A DNA stretch of 64,000 nucleotides from an uncultured Hormoscilla sp. (GCA_963921275.4 OZ001293.3:6656001-6720000), one strand, 5' to 3'; shown: positions 1-10,580, counted from the stretch's first letter. Notes: generated by a model from the letters alone, not told the origin. A program made the numbers and translations.

Positions 1-393
1 AATTCCTTTCCTACCTGGACTTAAAGTTCCCTATTATACCTTTATCGGACAAAAATGATGAGATAAGTTGTTAGAGGGCAGTAGTTAGTGGTCAGTAGTT
101 AGTAGGTTGGGATGTAATTATCTGTGTTAAGCTATATTATCGTCGAATATATTCCCAGCATGCTGGGATGATTGTCTTCCCTCTGTCCCCCCCTCGTTCC
201 CACGGCTCTGCCTGGGAACGTGCGAGTAGCGCGCTGCGTCTCCTATGAAGTGTTTCTAGGGGTAGGGAGACGCAGCACCGAGGGACACAGCCCGAATATA
301 TGGGTAGATAATTTAATTTTAATTTAACCTGTTTTTAAAAAAACGAGATGACAGGTGATAATAACAGATAAGGTAAAAGAAATAATTAGAGAT

Positions 394-1113
394 ATGGGAT
401 ATACGACCGAGTTTGACGGGTCCTTTAAGTTAGACCAGCGACTATTTGACAGTCAAGTTCTCTACCTCCTAGAGTTTTCTCGAACTAGACGAGTCAAGCG
501 AGATGCAGCAGTATTGGAAAATGCCCCAGACCCCAGCAGAATAGCTGTAGGTCTGCCCCTAGGTGAGGAGGGTTGCTATTTTGTGAATCAAAAGTGGGAT
601 AAAGAAAGGGGTGAAATTTCGATAGTTGACTACAACAGACCGCCAGTAGGACAACCAGGGTTATGGTGTCAGTGGGTGCCGACGGCGGATGGTGGGGGAA
701 TTGAGTGGGATGGCGGCGAGAAGTTCTATCGCTATATCGAATGGCTGCAATATCTGATTGATAATTTTATTGGATCTTGGGGCTATCACCTGAATGGAGA
801 GGTAACCTGGAAAGGAGAAGATCCAAAGGATACAGGTCGCATTACTGTTGAAGCTAATTTGATTGTATCGCCAGCAGGATCGAAACAGAAGCTGCATGAA
901 GCTGTTTCGCCAGTTCTGGTGCCCGCAGATGTTTGCCTTGGTCTATTAGCTGTACAAGAGGCAGGTATCGATCTGTGGAATTGGCACGGTGTGGTGGAAA
1001 AAGCTGAGGAACTGGGCTATGGGGCAACGGCGGCATGGGTTAAGGATAATTTAACAACTTCTTATCTAGCAGGTGTGGAACGGGGAGGCTTTGCATCAGA
1101 TGAAAAGGCGTAA
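394..1113 (+). CDS. Conserved hypothetical protein (MGYTTEF...QPGLWCQW...WDGGEKFY...WLQYLI motif protein)
   Basis: Long ORF with Trp/Gly-rich motifs; ATG at 394 preferred over GTG at 355. Confidence 0.75.
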   Translation: MGYTTEFDGSFKLDQRLFDSQVLYLLEFSRTRRVKRDAAVLENAPDPSRIAVGLPLGEEGCYFVNQKWDKERGEISIVDYNRPPVGQPGLWCQWVPTADGGGIEWDGGEKFYRYIEWLQYLIDNFIGSWGYHLNGEVTWKGEDPKDTGRITVEANLIVSPAGSKQKLHEAVSPVLVPADVCLGLLAVQEAGIDLWNWHGVVEKAEELGYGATAAWVKDNLTTSYLAGVERGGFASDEKA

Positions 1114-1267
1114 TTTGCTTTGGTACTCGCTGTTATTTGATACTGTGGGGTAATAGACTGGGGCTTCGCCCCCCAGAGACCCCAAACCACCATGAATAGA
1201 GACTTTCTCCCCTCTCCCCTCTCCCTGCTCCCTGCTCCCTGCGCCAAATCTGGTAATTCGCCCACAG

Positions 1268-2080
1268 TATCGCAGGTCCATCAGAATATGTGGCGATCCG
1301 GGCTGAAACGAATGCATCTGGCATTATTGCTATCACCCGCCTCGACTACCGTTCAGTTATTGCTGTCCCTGGCAACAGCAGCATCAAGTCCTAGCAGAAT
1401 TGTCAGGCAAAACGACCGGGCAAAACGACCGCAATGTCGGACGTGGGATCGACCAGTGGTCATCTCGATCCCAACAAGCTGCTGATGGAGGCGGGATTAA
1501 ATCCCAAGCATGACCTCAAAGTCATGATGTTGGAAGATTAGGGCAGTTGGGCGGCCTTGAAACAAGAGTCTGTTGATGCTTGGGGAGGTTCTACGATAGA
1601 ATACGAAAAATTCTTCCGCGATGACGGCTTTTCGGAAACAGTATTTCCGCTGATTGCCAAGGGACCGCTCCTGCCCAGCGATGTGTTTATTGGTAGCAGT
1701 CAGCTAGGTTCTGAAGCAGTCACAGAGATGCGATCGCGTATTTCGATGTCTCTCGGTCCCTCCATGTCTCCCGGTCCCTCCATGTCTCGCGAAGGCCGCG
1801 CTAGTCGCACTACCCGAGAGACATCGCTGTCAAATCAGCAGAAACTGATTAAGCCCTGGTGGTAAGAATTAGCGATAATGATCCGGGAATTACAGAAGAG
1901 ATTATATCCAAGCTGTTCGAGCCGTTTTGGACGACGAAAGAGGTAGGAAATGGAACAGGGATGGGACTTGCTATCGCTTATCAGATTATGGAAAAGCATC
2001 AGGGAAAAATTGAGGTAAGTTCCGAACCGGGAAAAGGCGCTTCCTTCGTGATCGTTATTCCTATTCACTCCCAGGCTTGA
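1268..2080 (+). pseudogene. Remnant of a PhnD-like binding domain joined to a histidine kinase HATPase C-terminus
   Basis: Split frames read AGPSEYVAIRAET...GSTSGHL...VDAWGG, then ISDNDPGI...FWTTKEVGNGTGMGL; stops, frameshifts and central deletion. Confidence 0.7.
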
Positions 2081-2187
2081 GAGGAGATCGCCAGTTAAGG
2101 CCGCAGCAGCAAGGCTCAAAAATTGTCAGAGGGAAGGTAATGTGATATAGTAATTTGAGGAACATGGCAAATTAATCAAGGAGTTTC

Positions 2188-3693
2188 ATGAGACGCAGAG
2201 CTTGGCTGTACGTCCTACTTTTTTTGTCCGTCCCGGCGGTGGCCATTGCTGAAGATCAGGCGGCGGGTCGGGGTTTCATGGCCAGCATTGATGCAATATT
2301 TTCCCAAATAGTGGCTGCCATATTCAGCGTGCTATTCTTTAGCATCGGGGGTTTCCCCCTGATCGTGCTGTGGCTGATCGGCGGTGGGGTATTCTTCACG
2401 ATCAGAATGAATTTTATCAATCTGAGGGGGTTTAGACATGCTATAGATGTGGTGATGGGGAAATACGATGACCCAGAAGAGACCGGAGAAGTATCCCATT
2501 TTCAAGCCCTAGCCACAGCACTCTCAGCTACGGTAGGACTGGGGAACATTGCCGGAGTGGCGATCGCGGTGAGTGTGGGCGGACCGGGTGCGATATTCTG
2601 GATGAGCCTGGGGGGTCTGTTGGGAATGACCAGTAAATTTGTAGAATGTACCCTGGGACAGAAATATCGGATTGTTAAGTCAGACGGGACGATCGCTGGC
2701 GGACCGATGTATTATCTGTCAAGAGGCTTGGCTAGTATGGGACAGGAGAGTCTGGGCAAGGTTTTAGCGATTCTGTTCTCGGTCTTTTGCCTGGGTGGGG
2801 CATTTGGTGGCGCGAATATGTTTCAGGCTAACCAGTCCTACGGTGCAGTTGCTACTGTATTGCCTTTCTTACCTAAGTGGCTGTATGGTTTGATTCTCCT
2901 GACTTTAGTGGGACTGGTAATTATTGGTGGCATCAGACGCATTGCTCAGGTAGCAGGTACGATCGTTCCTGTCATGTGTGGATTGTATGTTTTAATGTCT
3001 ATCTTCATTCTGCTGATGAATTTTACCGCTATTCCCGGGGCGATCGGCACCATTATCTCGGAGGCATTTGTGCCCCAGGCAATAGCAGGTGGTATGATTG
3101 GTACGATCGTCCAGGGATTCAGGCGATCTGCTTTTTCCAATGAGGCAGGTATAGGATCGGCGGCGATCGCCCACTCGGCGGCCAAGACTTCTGAACCCGT
3201 TCGGGAAGGCATTGTCGCCCTGCTAGAACCCTTTATCGATACGGTAGTTGTCTGCAACATGACCGCCTTGGTAATTGTGATTACAGGTGCCTACAATAAT
3301 CCTGCGTTTTCCGATATCAGGAACCGGGGTGCAGGTGCAGAACTGACTGCAGCTGCTTTTGGAACAGTAATGGCATGGTTTGCTATACTGGTGGCGATCG
3401 CTGTCTTCTTGTTTGCCTTCTCCACGATGATTTCCTGGAGTTACTACGGCGAACGTTGCTGGGAATATCTGTTTGGTGCTGGCAGCTTAATGCTCTACAA
3501 GGTATTATTCTTGATAGCTATCTTCATTGGCTCGGTAACCAAACCAACGACGGTAATAGACTTCAGCGATGCCATGCTCCTAGCGATGGCATTTCCCAAT
3601 TTGCTGGGTGCCTACTTCCTATCTGGTCAAGTGGTAGCAGACCTCAAAGACTATATGCGTCGCCTGAATTCTGGAGAGATGACGTCAGTTTAG
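2188..3693 (+). CDS. agcS: Alanine/glycine:cation symporter (AGCS family)
   Basis: SATVGLGNIAGVA, GGPMYY, FSNEAGIGSA and EPFIDT motifs; multi-TM 501 aa. Confidence 0.93.
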   Translation: MRRRAWLYVLLFLSVPAVAIAEDQAAGRGFMASIDAIFSQIVAAIFSVLFFSIGGFPLIVLWLIGGGVFFTIRMNFINLRGFRHAIDVVMGKYDDPEETGEVSHFQALATALSATVGLGNIAGVAIAVSVGGPGAIFWMSLGGLLGMTSKFVECTLGQKYRIVKSDGTIAGGPMYYLSRGLASMGQESLGKVLAILFSVFCLGGAFGGANMFQANQSYGAVATVLPFLPKWLYGLILLTLVGLVIIGGIRRIAQVAGTIVPVMCGLYVLMSIFILLMNFTAIPGAIGTIISEAFVPQAIAGGMIGTIVQGFRRSAFSNEAGIGSAAIAHSAAKTSEPVREGIVALLEPFIDTVVVCNMTALVIVITGAYNNPAFSDIRNRGAGAELTAAAFGTVMAWFAILVAIAVFLFAFSTMISWSYYGERCWEYLFGAGSLMLYKVLFLIAIFIGSVTKPTTVIDFSDAMLLAMAFPNLLGAYFLSGQVVADLKDYMRRLNSGEMTSV

Positions 3694-3696
3694 GAA

Positions 3697-3832
3697 AATG
3701 GCGAATGGCCAATAGCGAATGGAAAATGGAAAATGGAAAATGGCGAATAGACATGAATAAATAATCAACTTGATTTAGTGGTTAGTGGATAACTGACAAC
3801 TAACCACTAACCACTGACAACTAACAACTGAC
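3697..3832. repeat. 7-bp STRR heptamer tracts (AATGGCG/AATGGAA; CTAACCA/CTGACAA)
   Basis: Tandem heptamers; similar tracts near 80-103, 1205-1241, 25716-25780 and 52237-52258. Confidence 0.8.
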
Positions 3833-3845
3833 AAAAATTCACAAT

Positions 3846-4280
3846 ATGAGTTTGTTTACTAAAGGCAGGGTGCTTGTCCCGATTGATTTCTCGGAAGCAT
3901 CTTTTAATGCGGTGGCGGAAACCAGAGGATTTGTAACAGATGCCTCTCATTTGTACATCCTCCATGTATTAACCCCTCTCCACCAAGGGGAACCCGGGGT
4001 AATGTGGCAAACTGTGAATAATGAGACGCGCAAACAGCATGTAGAACAGGAATTTTATCGGCGATGCCAAGGACCAGAATATCAGGGAGTTCATTTTAGC
4101 GTCCTGGTGGGAATCCCCAGTGAGAAAATTATTGACTATGCCAATACAAACGACATTAATCTGATTGTTATCCCCTCCCACGGACGCACGGGTATCAGTC
4201 GATTTCTTTTGGGGTCTGTGGCGGAACGGGTGGTAAGATTTGCCCATTGCCCGGTGCTGGTATTGCGACGCTCGGACTAA
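3846..4280 (+). CDS. Universal stress protein (USP)
   Basis: VLVPIDFS...SHGRTGISRFLLGSVAERVVRFAHCPVLV. Confidence 0.93.
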   Translation: MSLFTKGRVLVPIDFSEASFNAVAETRGFVTDASHLYILHVLTPLHQGEPGVMWQTVNNETRKQHVEQEFYRRCQGPEYQGVHFSVLVGIPSEKIIDYANTNDINLIVIPSHGRTGISRFLLGSVAERVVRFAHCPVLVLRRSD

Positions 4281-4294
4281 TCGAGTTAAACAAT

Positions 4295-4856
4295 ATGATA
4301 TTAGACTTTTTGCCCATCACTGCCAAGGCGGCGGGAAACATTAAGGGTTTGTTAGACAGGGTAGATGCTTTGGTTTCCCAAGTTTTGGAAGTGGTAAATG
4401 ATGCTATATTTTTTAGCATCGGCGGCATGCCTATTGCAACTTGACTGCCTTAGTAATCATCCTTACTGAAGTCTATGATAATCCTGAGTTTGCTAGCTCT
4501 CAACTCGCCTCCGCTACCTTTGGAGAAGGGATCGCCTGGTTTCCTTATTTATTGGCGATCGCACTTTTTTATTCTCCTTTTCCACGCTGATTTCTGTAGC
4601 TTACTACGGTCAGGTTTCCTGGGAATATCTCTTCAGTTCCAGAGGTACAATTATTTTTAAGGTCTTGTTCTTGGTAGCGGTCTGGTTGGGGTCTATCGCT
4701 TCTCCCCAGGTAGTGCTTCAATTCGGCGATGCTATTTTATTCGCAAAGGATTTCCCCAACCTGTTGGGTATTTTCTTCCTTTCCAACCAAGTCGCTGTAG
4801 ACCTAGAAGATTATCTTCACCGCCTCCAGACTGGTCAGATGCATCATTCTCCCTGA
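4295..4856 (+). pseudogene. Remnant of a second AGCS symporter (N- and C-terminal pieces only)
   Basis: IFFSIGGMP and FGDAILFAKDFPNLLGIFFLSNQVAVDLEDYLHRL parallel both ends of 2188-3693. Confidence 0.8.
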
Positions 4857-4988
4857 TGACGTGGCCTCAGCCATAGGAACCGTCGCAGTTGCCCCTGTAT
4901 TTTTTTGAGTTTTTTAGATTATAATTAAAGTAGAAGGAAAAATTAATCCAGACAAATAAAGTCCATCCCGAAACGGAGGGCCACAGCC

Positions 4989-6113
4989 ATGAAGGAGACA
5001 ATCGGTGGGAACCTGACTCGCTACCGCAAAGGTTTAGGCTTATCCCAGAAAGCCTTAGCCGAGAAGGTTGGGGTCACTATTGAAAGTATCAAAAAGTATG
5101 AAGACGCCAAAACTCTACCAGACAGTAAAACCTTGTCTAATCTTGCTCGTGCGTTGAACGTAACCTTAGATAATTTGCTGCGTTCCCAAAGCTTTGGGGA
5201 TGCAACATCCTCATCGATGGAACTGCCTGATTTTCGTTTTCGCGTTCATGGCAGTTTTAAGGAAAACCCTCAATTTACCGCCAGAGTTTGGCGAATGCTA
5301 GAAACTTACAACGCTATAGAAGCCGCAGTTGGAGTTCCTCCTTTTGCCCCAGAAACTCTCTCGTGCGATCGCCTCGAAGGCAAGGAAAAATTAATTCAAG
5401 CTACGGCTACTCGGTTTCGCGGTAGTTTGGGATTGGGTGATGTTGCAGTTACTAACCTATTTCAGGCGGTGGAAAAACTAGGATTAAAAGTTTTGCGCCA
5501 ACCGCTCGAGATTCCCGGTTTTTTTGGAATTAGTGCTTGCAGCTTTGTTCGCGGTGCGTTTGTTCTCGTCAACACCCACGAAATTACTATCGAACGCCAG
5601 TTGTTTACCCTCGCCCACGAACTCGGATATTTGATATTTCATCGAGACGAGTATGGAGGTCACCTCATAGAAAAGGGAAGTAAAGAAGCAGAAAAAGCAA
5701 GGGAGAAAGTAGCAAATTACTTTGCCAGTCATCTGCTGGTTCCCCAAACTGAATTAGATCGCGTCTATCAGTACGATCGCAATATCCTTCAACTCAAGCA
5801 GCACTTTCGCGTCAGTTACCAGGTCATTTTAACTCGTCTGGCAGAAATGGGAGCGATCGACTATCAACAAGAAATTAATAAAATTCGCGCTATTTACAAA
5901 AATCGGCATGATTCGCCCCTGAAAAATTCAATGGAGTTACCGCCAGCACTTAAAGCCGAAGACTTTCCCGAAAATCAACGCTATCGACAGCTGATCTGGC
6001 AAGTTCTTGATAAAGGTAAAATTTCTGAACTGAAAGCGGCAGAACTACTCAACCTCACGGTGGAAGAACTGCGAATACGTCGTCAAGAAGCAGAGGTCTA
6101 TGCAATCTCTTAA
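4989..6113 (+). CDS. XRE HTH + ImmA/IrrE-like metallopeptidase protein (HExxH altered to HELGY)
   Basis: N-terminal HTH LSQKALAEKVGVT; ERQLFTLAHELGY; EKVANYFASHLLVP. Confidence 0.88.
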   Translation: MKETIGGNLTRYRKGLGLSQKALAEKVGVTIESIKKYEDAKTLPDSKTLSNLARALNVTLDNLLRSQSFGDATSSSMELPDFRFRVHGSFKENPQFTARVWRMLETYNAIEAAVGVPPFAPETLSCDRLEGKEKLIQATATRFRGSLGLGDVAVTNLFQAVEKLGLKVLRQPLEIPGFFGISACSFVRGAFVLVNTHEITIERQLFTLAHELGYLIFHRDEYGGHLIEKGSKEAEKAREKVANYFASHLLVPQTELDRVYQYDRNILQLKQHFRVSYQVILTRLAEMGAIDYQQEINKIRAIYKNRHDSPLKNSMELPPALKAEDFPENQRYRQLIWQVLDKGKISELKAAELLNLTVEELRIRRQEAEVYAIS

Positions 6114-6600
6114 TGGAACTATTCTCGACACCACCGCCATTATCGACTTTCGCTGGCTGAACGAGTGGGAGTGGTTAAAACAAAATTACAGTCCTCTGTA
6201 TATCGCCCAAGAAGTTTTGGACTCGGACAATCTAGAACTGCCTACCCGCCAAGCAGCCAGCGAACATCTAATGCCCCTAACTCTTGACAGTGAGGAAATG
6301 TTTGTCAGTTTTCTGGAGTTTGGCACTCAAGCGCCTTTACTTAGCGAAGCCGATCGCTCTACCCTCGCCCTTGCCGGCCATCGTTTATTATTATGTGCTA
6401 GCGATGACGGGTTAGTTATTGAAACTTGTGAGAAATACGGTATTACCTACACTCGAATGTTACGGTTATTGACAGAGATGGTGCAGACTGAGCATAAAAC
6501 TGTCGCAAAAGTTAAAGCGATGGTGCAGATTTTAATTCGTGATCGCGCCAAACGAATTTCTCCAGCAGTTTTGGCAAGTTGGGAACGCAGTTTAGAATAG
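6100..6600 (+). CDS. PIN-domain protein coupled to the XRE-IrrE gene
   Basis: ILDTTAIID, LSEADRSTL and LCASDD acidic PIN motifs; 14-nt overlap. Confidence 0.8.
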   Translation: MQSLNGTILDTTAIIDFRWLNEWEWLKQNYSPLYIAQEVLDSDNLELPTRQAASEHLMPLTLDSEEMFVSFLEFGTQAPLLSEADRSTLALAGHRLLLCASDDGLVIETCEKYGITYTRMLRLLTEMVQTEHKTVAKVKAMVQILIRDRAKRISPAVLASWERSLE

Positions 6601-6634
6601 GATATGGGGTAACTTAAAACCGACAGAGCAAAAT

Positions 6635-7012
6635 TTATACTCTTTTGTTAATTGCTTCCTGCAATAAATTTGTAGAAACCAGATATGTACTTTTCCAGGA
6701 GCAATTGGCAATGCTATACTGCCAACGGTCAGGAACTGAGCTTTTTTTGAGCCGTGAAAGAATGTCATTGCGAGGGGGGGATAATTGAGAGATACTTGCG
6801 CTCTTTGAGATACTCCCCCTCGTTAGCACGCTTCGGGGGACTTCCTGCCAAGCAACTGCCATGTTATCAAAACTCCATTCCTGCTGTGCTGGCCCGGCCA
6901 ACATCACCGGCTGTGATAATCTCTGACAGGAGGCGATCGACAGTAACCCTGGTAAAATTAACAGCAATGAGTACAGCTTAATTTTCTGTTTTAACAAGGA
7001 TACGATCGTCAT
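6635..7012 (-). CDS. Hypothetical lipoprotein-like ORF with an in-frame palindromic repeat insert, probably degraded
   Basis: Hydrophobic N-terminus ending IASC; repeat at about 6764-6840 shared with 10345 and 39545. Confidence 0.4.
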   Translation of the reverse strand: MTIVSLLKQKIKLYSLLLILPGLLSIASCQRLSQPVMLAGPAQQEWSFDNMAVAWQEVPRSVLTRGSISKSASISQLSPPRNDILSRLKKSSVPDRWQYSIANCSWKSTYLVSTNLLQEAINKRV

Positions 7013-7115
7013 CTTTTTCCTTAATTTTACCCAGTAAATGTCCTCCAACTATGCCCAGGCAACTAATGCAAGAACATTGAATTTTAACTGGTAATACAAC
7101 CTACCGTACTCAATC

Positions 7116-7379
7116 TTAGTTGTCCAAGGGCGGGCGATCGCCTTTAATTAAATCGAAAGGGGGGCGCCGATCGCTCCAGGCCCACCAAGCACAGCCGCAC
7201 TGACAGTGGTAAAATTCCTGGAACTTGCGGCGATGTCCTTCTGTGTAGACAGGCGATCGCCGATTTAGCCAGACCCCCTGGGCATCCATAGAACTAGATC
7301 CACACCTGGGACAGCAGAAGTGCAGGGCGTGAATTGCTGATTTAGTCCATTCTGGCGAGTTGACATCGAATGCTTCCAT
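7116..7379 (-). CDS. Small Cys-rich (zinc-ribbon-like) hypothetical protein
   Basis: CPRC...CQCGCAWWAW; clean ORF. Confidence 0.75.
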   Translation of the reverse strand: MEAFDVNSPEWTKSAIHALHFCCPRCGSSSMDAQGVWLNRRSPVYTEGHRRKFQEFYHCQCGCAWWAWSDRRPPFDLIKGDRPPLDN

Positions 7380-7480
7380 AATTATTCTGTTCTCAGGATT
7401 CCGATCTGATTGCGATTTTTATTGCTGGCTGTTTAATCTTCTCATTGGTGGCCGCCACCGTCTAGTTGGAGGTAAAAGAT

Positions 7481-8884
7481 ATGAACTTGACATTAAACTT
7501 GATTTCGTTTATAGGCATTTTTGGCTTATGTCTGGTGGCTTGGCTGGGTTCTGAGAATCGCCGCATTATCCCCTGGAAGACGATCGTTGCTGGCATTGGC
7601 CTGCAACTGGCGATCGGGCTGTTGCTATTCCAGGTGCCCGGAACCCGCCAATTCATTGTACTATTAAACGATATCCTCAATCCTCTGATTGATGCTTCTG
7701 AGGCCGGGGCTAGGTTTATCTTCGGTCCGGGATTTGTCGGAGAACCGGCATCGACTCCTGGACCGGGACCGGCGGCCCGCTGGATCGCCAGGACTATTAC
7801 TTCGCCTTACGCGCCAGTACCGGGCGATCGCCTGGGTCTGGATAACCTCAACTTAGGATATATCTTTGCCTTTCGGGCCCTGCCCCAAGTGGTGTTCTTT
7901 TCGGCTATTGTAGCGATGCTATACAGGATGAATGCCATCCAACCCATTGTCCGGGTCTTTGCCAAGCTATTTCGCCGGGTGATGAATCTCAGCGGTGCCG
8001 AGTCCCTCTCCGGTGCTGTTAATATTTTTGTGGGCATAGAATCGGCGATCGCAGTCAAGCCGTTTCTATTGGATATGACTCGCAGCGAACTCTGTGCCAT
8101 CTTAACATGCTGCTTTGGTTCCATTGCTTCCACTATCCTGGGACTCTATGCCAGTCTGCTGCGACCTACCTTTCCTGGTATAGTCGGTCATTTGATGTCT
8201 GCTTCTATCCTCACCATTCCCGCCTGCTTCGCGATCGCTAAAATTATCGTACCAGAGACTGAGGTGCCGAAAACCTTGGGCGGGGTGCCCAAAGAGGAAG
8301 AAGACCCCAAGATCGGCAAACCCAGTTACATGGATAGTCTCATTATGGGGAGTGGGGACGGAGTCAAAATGGCAGTGGGGATCGCTGCCATCCTGATCGC
8401 TATTCTGGGTTTAGTAGCCCTGCTGAATTCCTTTTTTGCCTTTCTCGCTACCCGGCCCGCGATCGGACCAGTCTTTGCCGTAGTAACTTTAGATAATATC
8501 TTTGGGGCCCTGTTCTTTCCCTTGACTTTCCTCACTGGTGTCTCCCTGAATTTATCGGAACTCTGGCAATGTTCGGTGCTGATCGGGCGGCGGGTGCTGC
8601 AAACGGAAATTCCCTCGTTTATCGCCCTCAATCAACTTTCCGCAGGGGGCGCTTTGAGCGATCGGGCCTTGTTAATAGTCAGCTACGTTCTCTGCGGTTT
8701 TGCTCATGTCGGATCCTTGGGGATATTCGTGGGTGGTTTGACCAGTTTGATGCCTCAACGCCAGCAAGACATTAGTTCCGTAGCCTGGAAAGCCCTCTGG
8801 GCCGCTACCTTAGCCACCTTGATGACAGGTTGTATTGCTGGGGTATTTTATTTCGGTGACTCGGCTGCCATTTTAGGTAAATAA
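7481..8884 (+). CDS. Concentrative Na+/H+:nucleoside transporter (CNT/NupC family)
   Basis: FAFRALPQVVFFSA, SGAESLS..NIFVG and SYVLCGFAH motifs. Confidence 0.92.
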   Translation: MNLTLNLISFIGIFGLCLVAWLGSENRRIIPWKTIVAGIGLQLAIGLLLFQVPGTRQFIVLLNDILNPLIDASEAGARFIFGPGFVGEPASTPGPGPAARWIARTITSPYAPVPGDRLGLDNLNLGYIFAFRALPQVVFFSAIVAMLYRMNAIQPIVRVFAKLFRRVMNLSGAESLSGAVNIFVGIESAIAVKPFLLDMTRSELCAILTCCFGSIASTILGLYASLLRPTFPGIVGHLMSASILTIPACFAIAKIIVPETEVPKTLGGVPKEEEDPKIGKPSYMDSLIMGSGDGVKMAVGIAAILIAILGLVALLNSFFAFLATRPAIGPVFAVVTLDNIFGALFFPLTFLTGVSLNLSELWQCSVLIGRRVLQTEIPSFIALNQLSAGGALSDRALLIVSYVLCGFAHVGSLGIFVGGLTSLMPQRQQDISSVAWKALWAATLATLMTGCIAGVFYFGDSAAILGK

Positions 8885-8886
8885 AT

Positions 8887-9546
8887 ATGAAACGTAATCG
8901 CTTTTGGCTAGTTGGTTTAATGCTTCTGACCGCCCTGGTTCTGATTATCTGGTCGCCCTTTTCCCAGCCCCTCACCCCCACCCTCAAGGGTGGGGCTACA
9001 AGGACGAAGCCCGCCTGCGCGGGCTTTCTCGGGGAAACATTTTGCGACAATAAAATACTCCCAGCAGCATTGGCGACAACGCCGACTGAATCTTTTTCTC
9101 TGGGGGGAACTTATCAAGACCCTGCCGGACGGTTTCAAGTAGGAATTCTGGAGGGATATCAGGTCAGTGCGGTTGGTGTTTCTCCTTTATTTTCATCTCC
9201 TGATGGGAATTTGGCCTATACTGTGGTGGTGCGATCGCGCAGCAGTAGCAGACCTTTGACTGTTGCTACTCTGGCGCAAATCGCGATCGATACCTTCCAA
9301 CGGGGCGAGGGATTTATCCCCGATCGGTTTCGACCTTTGGGGTCGGGAAGGGTGCAAGTTCCTTGGACTGGTAGTTTAACTATAGGGGGCAATACTCAGC
9401 CAATGAATGGGATTATTTTCGTCAGTCAGCCACAACAGGATATACTCATGCTGTTGATTTCGGCAACTCAAACAGGGCGCGATCGGGTTAATACTGCTGT
9501 TGCTACCCTTGCTGACACTTTTAAACCTAGAGAGTCCCGTTCGTAG
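8887..9546 (+). CDS. Exported hypothetical protein with an in-frame REP-like insert
   Basis: Signal-like N-terminus; starts 2 nt after the CNT gene. Confidence 0.75.
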   Translation: MKRNRFWLVGLMLLTALVLIIWSPFSQPLTPTLKGGATRTKPACAGFLGETFCDNKILPAALATTPTESFSLGGTYQDPAGRFQVGILEGYQVSAVGVSPLFSSPDGNLAYTVVVRSRSSSRPLTVATLAQIAIDTFQRGEGFIPDRFRPLGSGRVQVPWTGSLTIGGNTQPMNGIIFVSQPQQDILMLLISATQTGRDRVNTAVATLADTFKPRESRS

Positions 9547-9628
9547 TAAGCACTAAAGTGCTGACGGGGTTAGTAGTAAGCACTAAAGTGCTTACGAGGT
9601 TAGTAGTAAGCACTAAAGTGCTTACGGG
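9543..9628. repeat. Three tandem 30-bp REP-like units (GTAAGCAC-TAAA-GTGCTTAC hairpin)
   Basis: Period 30, no unique spacers; family members also at about 24600-24655, 28634 and 47692. Confidence 0.85.
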
Positions 9629-10119
9629 GCGCGAAAGCGGCTCCAGTTTTCGCCAGAAAACGCTGCCATAATTGTCGGTGACAGAAATATTTTCGTAAGC
9701 TCTAGCCTCAATATATTGACCGAGTTTAGTTTATACCATTGGGAGCATCCCAGAGAAGCATCTGTATTATAATTTGAGCCAATCTAGTAATAGATGGGCG
9801 TTAAAATCACCGCGTAGCGTCGCGAGGTACGAAGGGATCTGAACCGCGTAGCGTTGCGAGGTACGAAGAAATCTAGAACTACTCCCGGAGAACTACGAAC
9901 CCGAGAATTTGTGCTTTTATGTGTGCTTTTATGCTTTAGTGAGAGGGTGTGGTCAAAACCCGTTGTTACTCGGCGGAGCCGCCCTAAAGGGCCCGGCTAC
10001 AGGAACAAAGCCCGCCTGCGCGGCTATATTACATGCATCGCGTCTCGGCACCTGGCTATCAACTACTTGTGACCGTACCCTTAGTAAGATGCGCCCTATA
10101 CCATTGTCCTATTCTAACG

Positions 10120-10580
10120 AATCTAAGTAACTTGTCAGCTGTCTTTGATAAATTGGATAATTGCAAGGCTATCTTGATGGCGGTATGTACTTGAACCGAA
10201 TCGATTTCTTCATAAAGATGAACCAGTCTATTACGTAAAGTTCCCGAACGTGCTAATACTTCTGCTAACTCTGGTGTAATAATTCCGCATTTACCCAGAT
10301 ATATACTACAAACGGTCATCAACTGCGTTTTTAGGGTAGTAGTAATGTCATTGCGAGGGGGGGAATAATTGAGAGATCCTTGTGTCACACCCGGTAGATT
10401 TAGGCGGAACTTTAGGAAAATTTAGTCGGAGGACCGTGAATTTCTCCCGCTACGCGATCAACAGGTTTTGACCACACCCCTCTTTAAGGCCCTCGAAAAG
10501 CATCAAATATACCAGCTTCTTTTTCATATAATAGGATACTATCACGAGGGACAAAACGAGTCATCAGTGCGGGGTCTCCC
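10120..10580 (-). pseudogene. Remnant of an MNT-HEPN (DUF86/HepT-like) toxin-antitoxin pair
   Basis: GTLRNRLVHLYEEID carries the HEPN RX4HXY motif; upstream fragment DSILLYEKEAGIFD is MNT-like; interrupted by repeats. Confidence 0.7.

Noticed and set aside
9543..9628. Possible mini-CRISPR (30-bp palindromic repeats)
   Set aside because: Units are directly adjacent with no unique spacers, the motif is dispersed elsewhere, and there are no cas genes
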